From contig NW_027266269.1 of assembly GCF_022045235.1 (NCBI RefSeq), positions 8,308,001 through 8,372,000 of the forward strand: DNA of 64,000 nucleotides. Reading direction: 5' to 3'. Positions 23,801 to 36,800 of the stretch are shown here, in pieces; position 1 is the first letter of the stretch; every line of letters begins with the position of its first letter. The notes beneath the pieces were generated by a model. That model was not told where the DNA came from and ran no database searches. It saw only the letters and a program-made list of their open reading frames with translations. The stretch comes from Haliotis cracherodii (taxonomy: Eukaryota). The translations under genes and the position numbers were made by a program.

Positions 23801-26800
23801 GAACTTATAATGGATATCATCAGCCCCGGTCACAATAGCATGAGCTTGTGCTAAAGCAGTGTGTAACTTTTATAGTGTAAATACTTTGCTGTTATCTTAG
23901 CTATTGTCACAATTAATTAAAAAAAAATTCTCTTGTTGTTTTTTTACACTTCTGAAACTTTGGGTTATATTTTGACGAAGAAGAATGTTTAGCTAATGTT
24001 TCTCCCAACTTATTTGCAATATCAGATTTTTCAGTCAATAAAGTTTTGTCATCCTTGAGATTATGAGTACTAGACTTGGAACCTTTGCCTTTGATTTTTT
24101 TTAATCATATTCCATACCTTTGCCATGGGCATTCGTGAAATAATTTTGGAAAACATAATTCTTCAAGTCTTACGTTTAGTGAGTTTAAAAGTTCGTCGAG
24201 CCTTGGCATAATTTATATATTATCTAAATTATGAAAAGTGGGATGGCATCAAAATAATTTATATGCCTTCTTCCTACGCTTTCTAGCTTGTTTGCATTCG
24301 TCATGAAACCATGGTTTACGAATATGTGAGTTCACAGAGGACTTAGGAATATGGTATATGCTATGTCAGATATATGCTTAGTTTGTCAGAGAATAACTGA
24401 AATGGGTCAGGAACATCTATAAAAAGGTCTAGTTGCAATTTGTCAGAATACATGGACTGAAATAATGGCCAATTGACTTTGGAAACATACCATCGTGTTT
24501 AAGTAGGGATTTATAGCTGTAATTACTGTCGGAAAATGGTCACTGCCACAAAGATCATCCCTAACCGACCATTCACATTCATTATATATGTTTAAATTTG
24601 TGATTGACAGCTCTAGAGCAGAGTATGTTCAAGTTGCAGGATGTAAATATATGTTCGAGCCATCTGACCATGCATAAATTATTATTTGCAATAAAATCTT
24701 CAAGAAGTTTCCCTATATTGTTAGTATCGGAACGTCCACATAGAGGGTTATGTCCATTAAGATCACCCATGATGATACAGGGCTAAGGGAGCTGGTCAAA
24801 TATATCCTGAAGATTGGACTGCTGAAGATTTGAAGATTTAGAAATATACAAGGAACAAAGTGTAAAGGTTATTTGTAAAGTGAGACGAACAGCAGCAGTC
24901 TGAAGGTTGCAGTTTAGAGGAAGAGGGCTGTGGATAATGCCCTGCCTCGACAACGATATCAGCATGGCGGGGCAACCAACTAAAGACGATGTCATATTGG
25001 CCAATAGCTAGATTATTGTGTAATTCAATTATGTCACATAAAACTTGATGCTGACACGAGATTTTTTAATTGGCTGGAGACAGGACAGCGAGTGTGAAAA
25101 GAATAATATATAGTTCTTATGTTTAGACTGTTTATTTACATATTCTTGAGAAGTTAAAATGGTCTTTGATTCAGCTGTTAGAATGGATGAGTTATCTGGT
25201 AATCTTGGTGATAAAGTTATGGATCAAATGGTAGTGGCGCTGGCAACAGCATAACCATCATTGGATCCATTTGTAAAAATGGATTTGTAATTATGATATT
25301 TGCTTCTTAACTGATTATATTCTAGTTGATATTGTAGTTGATTAGTATCAGATTTCTTTTGTTTAGATAAGGTAATATCCACTTGTGGCTTTACCAATTG
25401 CCAAGGAGGAGAAGAAAGCAGACGGATATATAAGCAGGAAATATATTTTCAAGTTTAATATCAGCAGCAGAAATAAAAGGTTTAGTTCTTATTCCAAGAG
25501 GCGGAATAAGAGATGACTTTTACCATACAGATCCTCATAAAGTGGATGAAACACACAGCTGCGTACAACATTGGACTCTTTAGAATGTAACTTTATGATA
25601 TACTGTAGAGAAAGTTTACAGCTTATGGCGTTGTTTAAGAGATGGCTCTTCAGCCTCATCGTACAGACTGTCAATCGGAGAAGTCCTGAAAGATCCAAGA
25701 CAAAGTCCTTTACCGTGGTGATGTTTTGGATTGAGTAATTTAAGGATATTTTTACAAGCCCCACCATAAATAATGGAGCCAAAAATCGAGTTTAGAACGG
25801 ATGAGTGATCAAGAAAAGTGAAGAAAGGTTAATTGGACTCCTCCCCACTCGGAGTTAGAAACCACCTTTAATACCTCTAGTGCCTTCAGACATTTAATCA
25901 GTTTAGATATTTGTTATTAATGTCAAATTTTGTCTCCTCACGATATGGCTGAAATATTGCCGATATGACGTTAAATATTAACTCACTCTCGCACTCATTC
26001 AGACATTTAGCTTTCAAATATTTAATATGTGGTAAGAAAGTAAGGTGATTATACAAAACTATTCCTAAAAAATAAGCCTCTTTTGCTTGACTTTAATTGG
26101 TGTTCCAGCCAGATGTAATTCTGAGTGGTTTATATTTTCAACAGAAATGAATGCAATTTATTTCAAGTCGTTCGGCTCTGCCCAAACATTGATTTTATTA
26201 AGACAAATTTGCAACTGTCTCTCAATCGTGTGCATACTTTTACCTCGACATGATACATTAAAACCATCAACAAACAAAGACCCGCAACAGAGACATTCAA
26301 AACCTTAGATAAACAATTTATTTTTTATGCTTAACAAAGTATTGTAAAAATCAAACAAGGTGCATCCAACACAAACCTGGAAATGTTTATCTGTTAAAAT
26401 CTGACACAAAATTTAGGCAAACGCCCTCTCAATCCCATTTTATGAAGATATTTCTCCATGTTTCCAGGTGGTATCGTACACATTTTCTAAATCGAAAAAT
26501 ATTGATACCGCATGTTGTTTGTTATGATAGCACTTTACACAAATGTCTTCATTCTAACCAAAAGACCAACGGTACTTCTTTTTTACCACATTGTATACCT
26601 TTCAATGGTCTTGCATGCACAGCTAGTAAGTAATGTCGGCATATAATTAGAAGGATCAGTATGATCACGGCAAGATTTTGGTATCGATATTACAACAGCA
26701 TTTGAAGGGAAGGGAAGTTCCCTGTTGTCCAGAAACGGTCCAAGATATATAATAATATTTCTAAGCATGACTCCGCTAAATGTTTGAGTTACTGATAGTA

Positions 26801-27030
26801 AATATTATCAGCACCTGTAGGAGTATCATGAGCTTGTCCTAGAACCGTTATCAGCTCATGAATAGAGACGATTTCAGTATAGTCATCGCCGTTATCAGAA
26901 TTAAAATTAATTTTCTTTTTCCTCTGTTCTTTAAATTTCTGAAATTTTGGGGTGTAATTTGTCGAGGAAGAATGTTTAGTTAACGTTTCACCTAGTCAAT
27001 TTGCTATGGCTGATTTATTGTTATTAAGGT
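20853..27030 (-). mobile_element. Nest of decayed minus-strand I-group LINE fragments (3' tails, RNase H, RT, APE)
   Basis: Minus-strand ORF pieces PSHVGIKVNTMTDAA, MGDLNGHNPL and YMPTLLTSCACKT are homologous to the 33805-40002 element. The paralogous remnant lies at ~47100-49935. Confidence 0.85.
21644..21818. mobile_element. Tc1/pogo-type MITE with TA target duplication
   Basis: TA|cagtaaaccacggttataacaa ... ttgttataaccgtactttactg|TA; internal repeats of ataacgaact. Confidence 0.85.
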
Positions 27031-27256
27031 GTGACCTAATACAGTAGTGACCTAATCTTGCACCCCTTTGGTCTCAAACATGGCCAATCAGCATGGAACG
27101 CATTACCACCCTTTGACATTCCCAGTGGAATATAGGTGCAGTCACAATTGTTGATTCCAGGTAATATTTCAAACATGTTTTACCATATACCTACCACAGT
27201 CAATGACCTTAGCCATATTTTACTTTGTGCTTGCAGCAACATCCAGGTTCAGAAAG

Positions 27257-29560
27257 ATGCTTCCTTTCAGAGGATCTGGTTGTACACTTCAAATAGTCTG
27301 CACTGTTTTTATCGTGGTGGTCACTGCAACATTTGACCAAGAGAGGCAGCCAGTCGGACTGGAAATGTGCAAAGATCACTGTGGCAAATGCAATGATTGC
27401 ACTTTTTGCATATTTCTGATAAAAAGGCTGGCCTGCATAGCGACATGGTCCAAATATCCACTACAGACAAACGGAGAGGAGGCAGTCATTCTAGACATCA
27501 GCAAGGTACCAGGTTTTACTTAGACTCTCGGAATGTCTTGTTAAAGGTTAAGGTTAATGAAACAGAGAATTTCAACATATATTTATTCATTTATATCATT
27601 CTAAGTACTTGGTATGAATGCTGATATGAAATGGATGTTTCTGTCCTAGAAAGCACAAGGATCTATTTCTGAGAGAGATGAGCTTTCTCTTGTTTGTAAT
27701 ACAATCATTGTGTGCGATTCCTTTATGTATATTCTAAGTCATTTTTTATGACTACATTTCTAACATCAATGAGTCTGTCCTAGGAAAGACATGGTTCGAT
27801 TTCACAAAGAAAGGGAAAATGTGAAGAGGAACAATCAAGGATTGTGTTTACCAGATCAAATGACTTTCGATGTATAAAACGTAAGTGTTTAATATTTGCT
27901 CTTGTACTTATTTGAAGACATACTAACAACAAAATGATAAATAATGATGTTTAATCTAATTATTTCGATCCAAGATATCACATGTTTAATAATGTACAAA
28001 CACTTTGAAAGTCATCCCTTTTCCACCTTGCAGTGTCTATTTGAGAAATTTTACATTTGCATAGTTATTTATAGCAACACAGCTATTAACATCATCCTCT
28101 CTCAGTCGACCATATTATGTACCTTGTCACTCTAACTATAAATCATGCTCTCTCGATAAACACATCTCGTGTCGTGACTGAGCCGACATGGGAGTTACAG
28201 TGTTACTTGATCCATGATCGCATTGATGCTGACTAGTGTGTCTGTAAGGATTCAACAAACTAAACATGTCCCCTTCTATCAACTAATTTCCCCTCTGGTC
28301 ATGCGTTGTAATGCAAACAACTGATAATTAGTTGTTATTATGACACTCAATGTATATGATATAGAACGATTCGACAACAGCCAATCATTTGGACATCTGA
28401 GGTGCTTACAGATTACACATGACCCGTGAAGATTCCAAGGTAGAATAGGTCTTCAGCAACCCATACTTGCTGTAAAAGGTGAATATGCTTGTTGTAAAAG
28501 CCAACTAACAGGATCGGGTGGTCTGGCTCGCTGACTTGGTTGATGCATGTCATCGATCCCAATTGCATGGATCGATGCTCATGATATCAATCACTGGATT
28601 GTCTGGTCCAGACTCGATTATTTACAGACTGCCGTCATATAGCTAGAATATACCTGAGTGTGGCTTTCAAACAACAAACCAAACCAAACCAAAAACAGAT
28701 TACACACTTGTTTTTCGATTCATTACCTGATCACCACAAATACATGTTTCTTGTACCCGTCAATCACTATATAAAATATTAAAATTATCTTCTTCCAGTG
28801 AGAACAGAGGAAAAGACAGGTCTCTTGATTGCACCACGTGCCAAAACGCCAATGCTATTACGTTCATTCAACCTTCTGAACAGCTCCATTACAACGTATC
28901 ATCATATAAAACCACGGTATGTCAGTGCCATAGCATATGTAGCAACAATCCAACACGTTTTGATATCTACCTACATACCGAAGAACATCCTATCCTTCTC
29001 ATTACACACTAATGTCAGTGTCACTGTAAAGAAGAAGATATCTGTTAGGGCAATTGCATTGGATGATGCTCAACACCTGGTGTTCCTGGCTACATGGTGG
29101 CCATTTTCCTGTGTAACTAGCATGACACCTGATGGGAGATATTTCAAGAACATCACCTGTCAAATTAATTCACGGGTTATTTTTTGTTGATACAAGGCGG
29201 AATCTATTGTATGTCTCCAACAAGAGAGCTATCTACTCGTTCACATACGATGGGCAGGAGCGACAGCAGATAGCATTATCACATTTAGTGTATGGCATGA
29301 CTCTGAGTGAAAATGGAGACATGATTTATTACAACGACGTATTCAATATCATGGAATTGAACTTGGTCAGAAACGGAACAAAAAGAAAAGTAACTATGAA
29401 AGATATTGTGGTGATTAACATTCTTTATAATAACGGTTTTCTGTACATAAGTTCTCGGAAAAGCAAGTACATCTATGTATGGCATGAGTCAAATTATTCT
29501 CGTTTAAGGGAAGCTTATCCTAGAGGTAAAACTGAATCATTAATAGCTCTGATGCCATAA
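27257..29560 (+). pseudogene. Secreted PAN/apple-like + YWTD/LY-type beta-propeller gene, copy A (exons 27257-27505, 27784-27880, 28799-29560); +1 frameshift at ~29180-29185
   Basis: Same GT/AG exon structure as copy B. A T6 run (gttattttttgttgat vs gttatttgtgttgat in copy B) shifts the frame and gives a stop at 29188-29190. This may be a homopolymer assembly error. Confidence 0.75.
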
Positions 29561-29636
29561 AGTGCTTGACATGATTAAATGAAATTGTATTATAAGGCAC
29601 ACTTGTATATATATGATCTAAATGTTTTTAGAAATA

Positions 29637-31103
29637 TACTCTTCAAAAATAAAGCAAAATCAGTCCAAAATTATTGTGAGTGAATAAAGTGTTGTAAATA
29701 TGATACATAATTAGAAAGCGGGCCATTTCCTGCACAGTTTTACCCAAATGAATGAACATGTCGCCCAAACGAATCACTTACGAGACACGGTCGTTAAAAT
29801 GATCCACATGTGCCCAATTTTTGCACGTGCAACTGAACTTGACTCCGTTGCACGTGCAGTCAGTGTGTGACAAAGGGGTATAAAGCTGCAGGGTGTTCAA
29901 TCCCGTCACTTCACCTGTTGTCTGTATTGCTTGATGAAAGAATGCCACGTGTGAGGCCGGAAAGACTCAACAAACTGCCACAGCCATGAATGTGTCCCGC
30001 GCAACCATCAACAGGCTATGGATGCGGTACTCAACGACAAGAAGTGTTAATGATCGACCTAGAGCAGGAAGACCAAGAGTTACCACCCCTGAACAAGATC
30101 GCTACATCCGACTTCTGCATCTTCGCGATCGCTTTAGAAGAGCTTCACAAACAGTAAACAGCGTACCTGGGTTGAGACGCATCTCCGATCAGACAGTTCG
30201 CAACCGATTGAGAAAAGCAGGCAACCGATTGAGAAAAGCAGGAATCCGAGGACGTAGACCTGTTAGGCGCAACGTCTTGACCCCACGTCATTACGCTGAA
30301 CGCCTACAGTGGAGTAATCGTCATCGTGTCCGACCACATGCATGGTGGAGAACAGTTCTCTTCAGTGACGACTCCCGTTTCATGCTTAACAGGGCTGATG
30401 GAAGAGCCAGGATTTACAGGAGACGTAATGAACGTTAACAGGCCGACCGTTTTGGAGGCGGAAGTGTGATGGTGTGGGCCGGTATCACTCACAATGGCCG
30501 AACAGATCTAGTGCAAGTTGCAGGTGCAATCACAGGCGTACGATACAGGGATGAGATCTTGCAACGTCATGTTGTGCCATTTCTGCACTGTCGTGGAGGG
30601 ATTTTCCAGCATGATAATGCCAGACCGCATATTGCATGTGTGTGTCAGGAGTACCTGCAAAGAAACAACATCAATGTACTACCCTGGCCTGCCCGATCAC
30701 CAGATCTCTCACCGATTGAATATTTGTTGGATGTTCTTGACAGGCGAGTTCGACAACGTTTTCCACCTCAGGGAAACTCCAAGAACTGTTCCAGGTCCTA
30801 CACTGGGAATGACAGAATATCCCACAACGCACAGTGCAACATCTCATTGCTCCTATGGGTAGGAAATGTCAGGCAGTGATAGACGCTAACGGTGGACATA
30901 CCCGGTATTAACAATCTGACACCACCTCGTGCTGTTCATTATCATTGCCGTGTCATTTTGTGATCAAGGTATCAGTCTTATTGGAGACATGATTAGCTTA
31001 TGACCTCAAACCATGTATTTGTTATTGTTCTTTGCGATACTGCCTTTCAAAGTAAAATATATCCCCTTGGACTTTGATGTAACATTTCTTTGTTTGAAGA
31101 GTA
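29637..31103 (+). mobile_element. Tc1/mariner DD34E transposon, decayed transposase, in the 3' UTR of propeller copy A
   Basis: TA TSD; terminal tactcttcaaa/tttgaagagta; GRPRVTT, FSDDSRF, FQHDNARPH-34-SPDLSPIE; internal 21-bp duplication at 30201-30242; empty site in unit 2 at ~56065. Confidence 0.93.
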
Positions 31104-33444
31104 TATAAACTTCCTCAAATGTGCCTGTAGCAACACTATCTGCAGTCTCGAGAAATATCTGCTCACTGTAATTGTCGTTAATTAAAACTGTTAAATGAGA
31201 TCATAATCATTATGCAGGCCAAGTGTCTAAGTCGCTAAGGCCATGACCAGGTTTCGCTGTTCGCAGGGGTCGAAGATCCCGCATCCTTGGTTAACGTACG
31301 AAACTACCGATTGAGTTTAGGTTGCAAACGTAAACCCATCGTCTGTAAGATTCGAATGTAATTCAGTCGTGGGTTCATCAAATTGTTAAAACGCACACGA
31401 TTTCAGGGCTAGGAACACCTCTCATATATGAAAGATACAAAGATATTAAAACGTGAAGACATGAAGTCTTTGGAGTTTAGCCTAGTGGTTAAAGCCGTGT
31501 CACATCCTCTCTAAGCAGGTATCTCTTTGTACCTGGATCATGCTTCAAGCAACTGGGTGAAGGTCATTGCCTGTGGTAGGCCTATGTCGAACTAGAAAAG
31601 AGTTTTGTAACACATCCACACATAGAAGTAGCTGCATCCCCGTCATTTCGTGAAGGCCCCAAAACATTCACACCAGAAATTTGTGTCAGGAACCATTTGA
31701 ACAAATCCGGTGACAGCTATCTGACATCAGCAACTGCACTTCCGGTTTTGTTACAACACCACTAAATGTAGGACAAACAAATGTAAAATGCAGAACACAT
31801 TTGAAACAGAAAATACAATGTTACTTGTTCCTAAGCTATAAGCACTTCCGGTTTGGGAAATCACATACCCCAAGCAGTAAAAAGACATCACGTCCCGGTG
31901 GTAAACATATGTCAAATGCCAGACAGCTGAACAGCAGAAAGTCACATTCATCCGCCTCAATAAGAAAGTCACATTCTTCCAGCTAGCTTAATGGGAAAGG
32001 CACATGCACTTCTAGTTAAGTTACATTGACCCTCAATTGTGTGATAATTTCGTGTTAAAAACATGTGTGCTTTCTCTTACAGTGAGTGAGTGAGTGAGTG
32101 AGTTAAAGCTTTATGTCACATCGGCAATATTTCAGCCAAATCGTGATAAGAGAAATTTCAGTTTTTAATACATATGTTAAAACTAAATTAAAACCTGTCA
32201 TCGATGGACAGTAAATTTCTCTTGTGACCAGAGACCTTGTGCAGGAACAAGGAGACAAAACTACCTTTGGACTGACCATTTCATTCACCTACCCGGGGAA
32301 TATTCCAAATTTCATCTTACAACACTGAACACGCCTTGAACTATCACAGATATAATATGTTTCCTTGTGTATGATCTTGAGAGTTTATTTGACTTTCAAT
32401 ATATGAGAAAACTATTTCAAGAACATCCTAACAACATTTTTACGATGCTGATAGAATAAAACGTAGGACTTATTTGTAACGGATTATTACCAATTGATTA
32501 TAATATAACATAATCCTCGATTGTATTGCCTGTTGTTGTCACGGTGACGTAGATTAAAGCGTTTATGCCGCGGATATACAACTAAATCCGAAGGAACCCC
32601 CAAACAGAAATTTGACTCTGAAGAATGATCAATCCAAAAACATAAGGTTTATTTCCTCGTTCAAAAACGTTTGTTGATGGAGCCATTTGGTAGCATGGAC
32701 TCAGCATTGCATCAACCGCAGTAGTTTGACCTGTAATAGAATAGTATACATTAAACCACAGAGACTGTATTGGGGTTGTGTTGGATTACGTCAGAGTTGC
32801 GACCTTCAAGGCCTCGGCACGAACACAGTATATTGAAAGTCGCACTGTTTACCTATTCACCTACATGTTCTCAAAGTAAGAGCAGACACCACGATGCCTG
32901 CTAAGGTGGAATTACTGTATCTGTCAATGAACACACACAATATGTGCTGCTTTCAAGACTCTTTAACTTTTGGGTCAACAGAGGAATTGTTGGTATACAA
33001 CATATTATATTGTTTCATTGTCAAAACGTTATTACACGTGACCTACCACGCATGTGTGTAATACCCACATTACCATTACCCGTCCTTGGACGACAACCAA
33101 ACCATAAATCATGGCGTCAGACACACATCCAAAATTAATAAAAATATATTACAGTGGTTCAATATGGCGGACTGTGTCTACTCATGAGGGACGCTATGCT
33201 TGATCATACCTTCATAACTTCTTTATCAAGTTTTGGAAGATTTCACAGTGGAAATTCCAATTGCAAAAGATATTGTAGATATGAATTCCACTCACACATG
33301 GTTGGTAACTGACAGAATATTTGTAAATATCTACCTGTACATTATATTTATAACGTAACTAATATAATGTATCAAAGACAACAATATCCAACTTCTCACT
33401 TACCAATACAATGGAAGTTGATCGTTCATTAGATAAGGCAAAGT

Positions 33445-33740
33445 GAGTGAGTGAGTGAGTAAGCAAGTTATTTTTTTATGTCAACAAAGGACAGTAAAAT
33501 AACTAGACTTATCACAAATTATGATTTAAAACAAGCATGGAACCATGAAAATACATCTCTAGACAGAACAATGCATTATATAAACGAGCTATAGATCACC
33601 AGCAATTGAGGGTAGATCACCATACTAGGGACCATGGGGACTTACAGTACCTTTGCTACCTGCATGGACAGATAAGACAAAGATGGCCAAAGAAATCATG
33701 GATGGGCTCAAATTTTTCTACATTTGTCTTTTCTGAATGT
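33445..33740 (-). mobile_element. Short 3' fragment of an I-group LINE
   Basis: Reverse complement matches the 3' UTR of the 33805-40002 element (ggtactgtaagtccccatggtccctagtatggtgatct). Confidence 0.7.
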
Positions 33741-33804
33741 TAAACTGATTTCCTCACATCAACCAATGCTGATATCAGTGACATGAAGATTCCCTTGACA
33801 GTTC

Positions 33805-33862
33805 GGCACTCGTGAAGAGCAACCTCCTCGTGGTGAGTGCTGGGTAACGCTAATAGCTCTTC
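33805..33862 (+). ncRNA. Predicted minimal HDV-like (nested double pseudoknot) self-cleaving ribozyme at the LINE 5' end
   Basis: P1 GGCACUC/GAGUGCU with G1-U wobble; P2 GAAGAGC(A)/(U,A)GCUCUUC; P3 ACC/GGU; L3 UCCUCGU; P1.1 CC/GG; J4/2 GCUAA with the catalytic-position C at 33850. G1 is the first base after the TSD. Confidence 0.85.
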
Positions 33863-36800
33863 CCCCGTGTGGACTCGGAGTAGAATTTGTCCACAGCACC
33901 CCATTGCTGGTCGTAAAAGGCAACCGAATTGGGCAACCTGTTTGCCGTAGGTTGAGCCCCTGTGTCGGTGGAGGAAGGGATTCTGGTGGTTGAGGGCACT
34001 GGAACCAGGAACCAGTGTTCCATTTGCCCAACACACCACTTTGACCCTAACTTCACCTAGAAGGTGGTAGAATGGGCCCGATTCTATCAATCGGCTGGTC
34101 ACGCCATGCCCTGTACATGGACTACCTGATTATTTACATGTCTCACATGTTACAATCTTGTTTCAGGATAAAAAGATGACCTTGACTCTATTTATTATAA
34201 TTTTGCCTAGAGTCGATGCCGGAAGGCGGTGGCTCATGGGCCAATCTGGCTATATATCAACCTCTGGGTTCTATTGACTTCAAATTACTGTCAAGGGCCG
34301 AACCAGCCTGACTTTAAATTCTGTTTGTCAATAATAGCTACCTATGTTTATATTGCTTGAGTATAACGCCTTTGTAACCCTGGTGTTGTAGATTGCTTTC
34401 CTATGCATCATCGTCCTTGTTGACACTCGATGGCGGGTGGGGAGCAGAGGTGTCGAATCAAATAATCACACAATGTCTCACTACAAATCTCCTGGTTCTT
34501 TCAAAGCTAACATACTTCGTCATGTCGATTCTGTTTCGTCTGACGATGAGGTATCGCCTATTGTTGCTGATTCTTGGCCACGATTCATTGTTATTGTATC
34601 GGTCGATGAAACTCCTTTAAAACTTAATCCGTTTGCCATATCAAAGGGCATCCAAAGTACTTGTGGTGAAGTGAAGAACATCAATCGTCTTCGTTCTCGT
34701 TCCATTCTTATAGAATGTGCACGGAGACAGCAATCTATCAACTTACTGGGTATCCAGCAGTTTGTGAACACGCAGGTTGCTGTCTCAGAGCACAGGACAT
34801 TAAATTCTAGTCTAGGTATCGTGAGAGATCGAGCACGATGTCTTGCAGAAATGACAGAAGTAGAGATTGCAGCTGAACTTAAACATCAGGGTGTCACTGC
34901 TGTCAAGCGATTCACACGAAAAAAAGAAGATGGAAATATTATTAAAACACAAACCTACCTTTTCACATTCTCAACGTCTACTGTTCCATCATCAATAAAA
35001 GCTGGATACTTCAACATCGGAGTGGAGGTTTATGTTCCAAATCCACTCCGGTGTTTCTACTGTCAACACTTTGGTCGCGGGGCCAAATCTTGCACAGCCA
35101 AGACGAGGTGCTCCCGTTGCAGTGGTCCCCATGAGGGCACAGAATGCTCAAATGAGATCAAATGTGCTAACTGCAGTGGTGAGCACTTGTCATCGTCCAA
35201 ATCATGCCCGATTTTCGATCGCGAATCGAAAATACTTAAAATCAAACATACAAATAACATTACCTACTCTGACGCCAAAAAAAATCCTTTTACCCTCTCA
35301 GACCCCTTCCAATAAATCATATTCAGCTGCAGTCTCTTCTCCGAGTCCAGGAAAAAAATCACCATGACATCCACTCACTGTCAGACTGATATTTCGTGGA
35401 TCACCAATGACCAGATCATCATTGATGAAGCACCTACATTATCTCCAAACAAGCCAACAACAATGACGTCTTCATCTCAAACAGAAAACCTGCAACCTTC
35501 ACATAGTCAACCCACTGAACCAGAACCTATACAGGAATCCGAATCAGTTCAGGGTGAAGCCCATCTGTCAAAAAACCAAAAAACCAAAACGCAAATGAGG
35601 AGAAAGGTCAGAGCACTCCAACACTTGGAGGAGCCTTCTCCTGACCCGTGACCTGTAACGGTTCATAATTTATTTGAACCATTGGGCATGAAGGTCACTC
35701 CTTCCCTCCCAGTACATGGGATGTCCCTCCCAGTACATGGGATGTCCCTCCCACTCGTTCACCTGTCCCCGTTGATCCTCCATGAGTGGAGCTACTAACT
35801 TAATACAATGGAATTGCAGAGGACTTAGGAACAATTTTAATGATCTACAGTTATTATCACAGGATTTTAAACCATCAGCTTTTAGCTTACAAGAAACATA
35901 CCTGAAAAATACAGATAAATTTGATTTTCGTCAGTACAATTCGTATCATTCGTTTTCACCTCCAGGTGAAAAAGCCACTGGTGGCGCTTCCATTTTGGTG
36001 TGGCGGGATGTCATCCATAGCCCCGTCCCTCTTAAATGCAACCTTCAAGCTGTTGCTGTCCGTATGTCTTAACATATTACCTTCACACTTTGCTCTTTAT
36101 ACATTTCACCATCGTCTACTCTTCAGCAGTCTGATCTTCAGGATTTGTTTGATCAGCTCCCAAGGCCCTGTGTCATTATGGGCGACCTAAATGGACCTAA
36201 CCCCCTCTGGGGAAGTAGAGATACCAACAACAAAGGGAAAATCCTGGACGACTTAATTTAAAAAAACAATTTACGCCTATATAATGATGGATCCGACACA
36301 TATTTACATCCCGCTACTGGAACTTATTCTGCTCTTGATTTGTCGCTCACAGATCCAAATATATATAACGAATTTGAATGGTCAGTCCACAACGATCTAT
36401 GTGGAAGCGACCATTTCCCCACAGTACTTTCTGCTATTAAACCGAATGATGAACCGCCTGTGTCAAGGTGGAATTTTAAAAGGGCCAACTGGCCATTATT
36501 TCAGACACTTTGTACTGACAAATTGACATCTGACATTTTTATTAACGTCCCTGATCCTATTCAGTTGTTCACGGCCATACTGAATAATATTGCTGATGTA
36601 ACTATTCCTAAGTCCTCTATTAAACCACACATTCGTAAACCATGGTTTACAGATGATTGCAAACAGGCTAGGAAGGGTAGGAGGAAGGCTGAAAAATGCT
36701 TTCGCCGTCATCCTACAGGTCACAATTTAAATACTGTAAAGATAAATGGTGCCAAGGCTCGACGTACGTTTAAACAAAATCGGCAACAGTCTTGGAGAAA

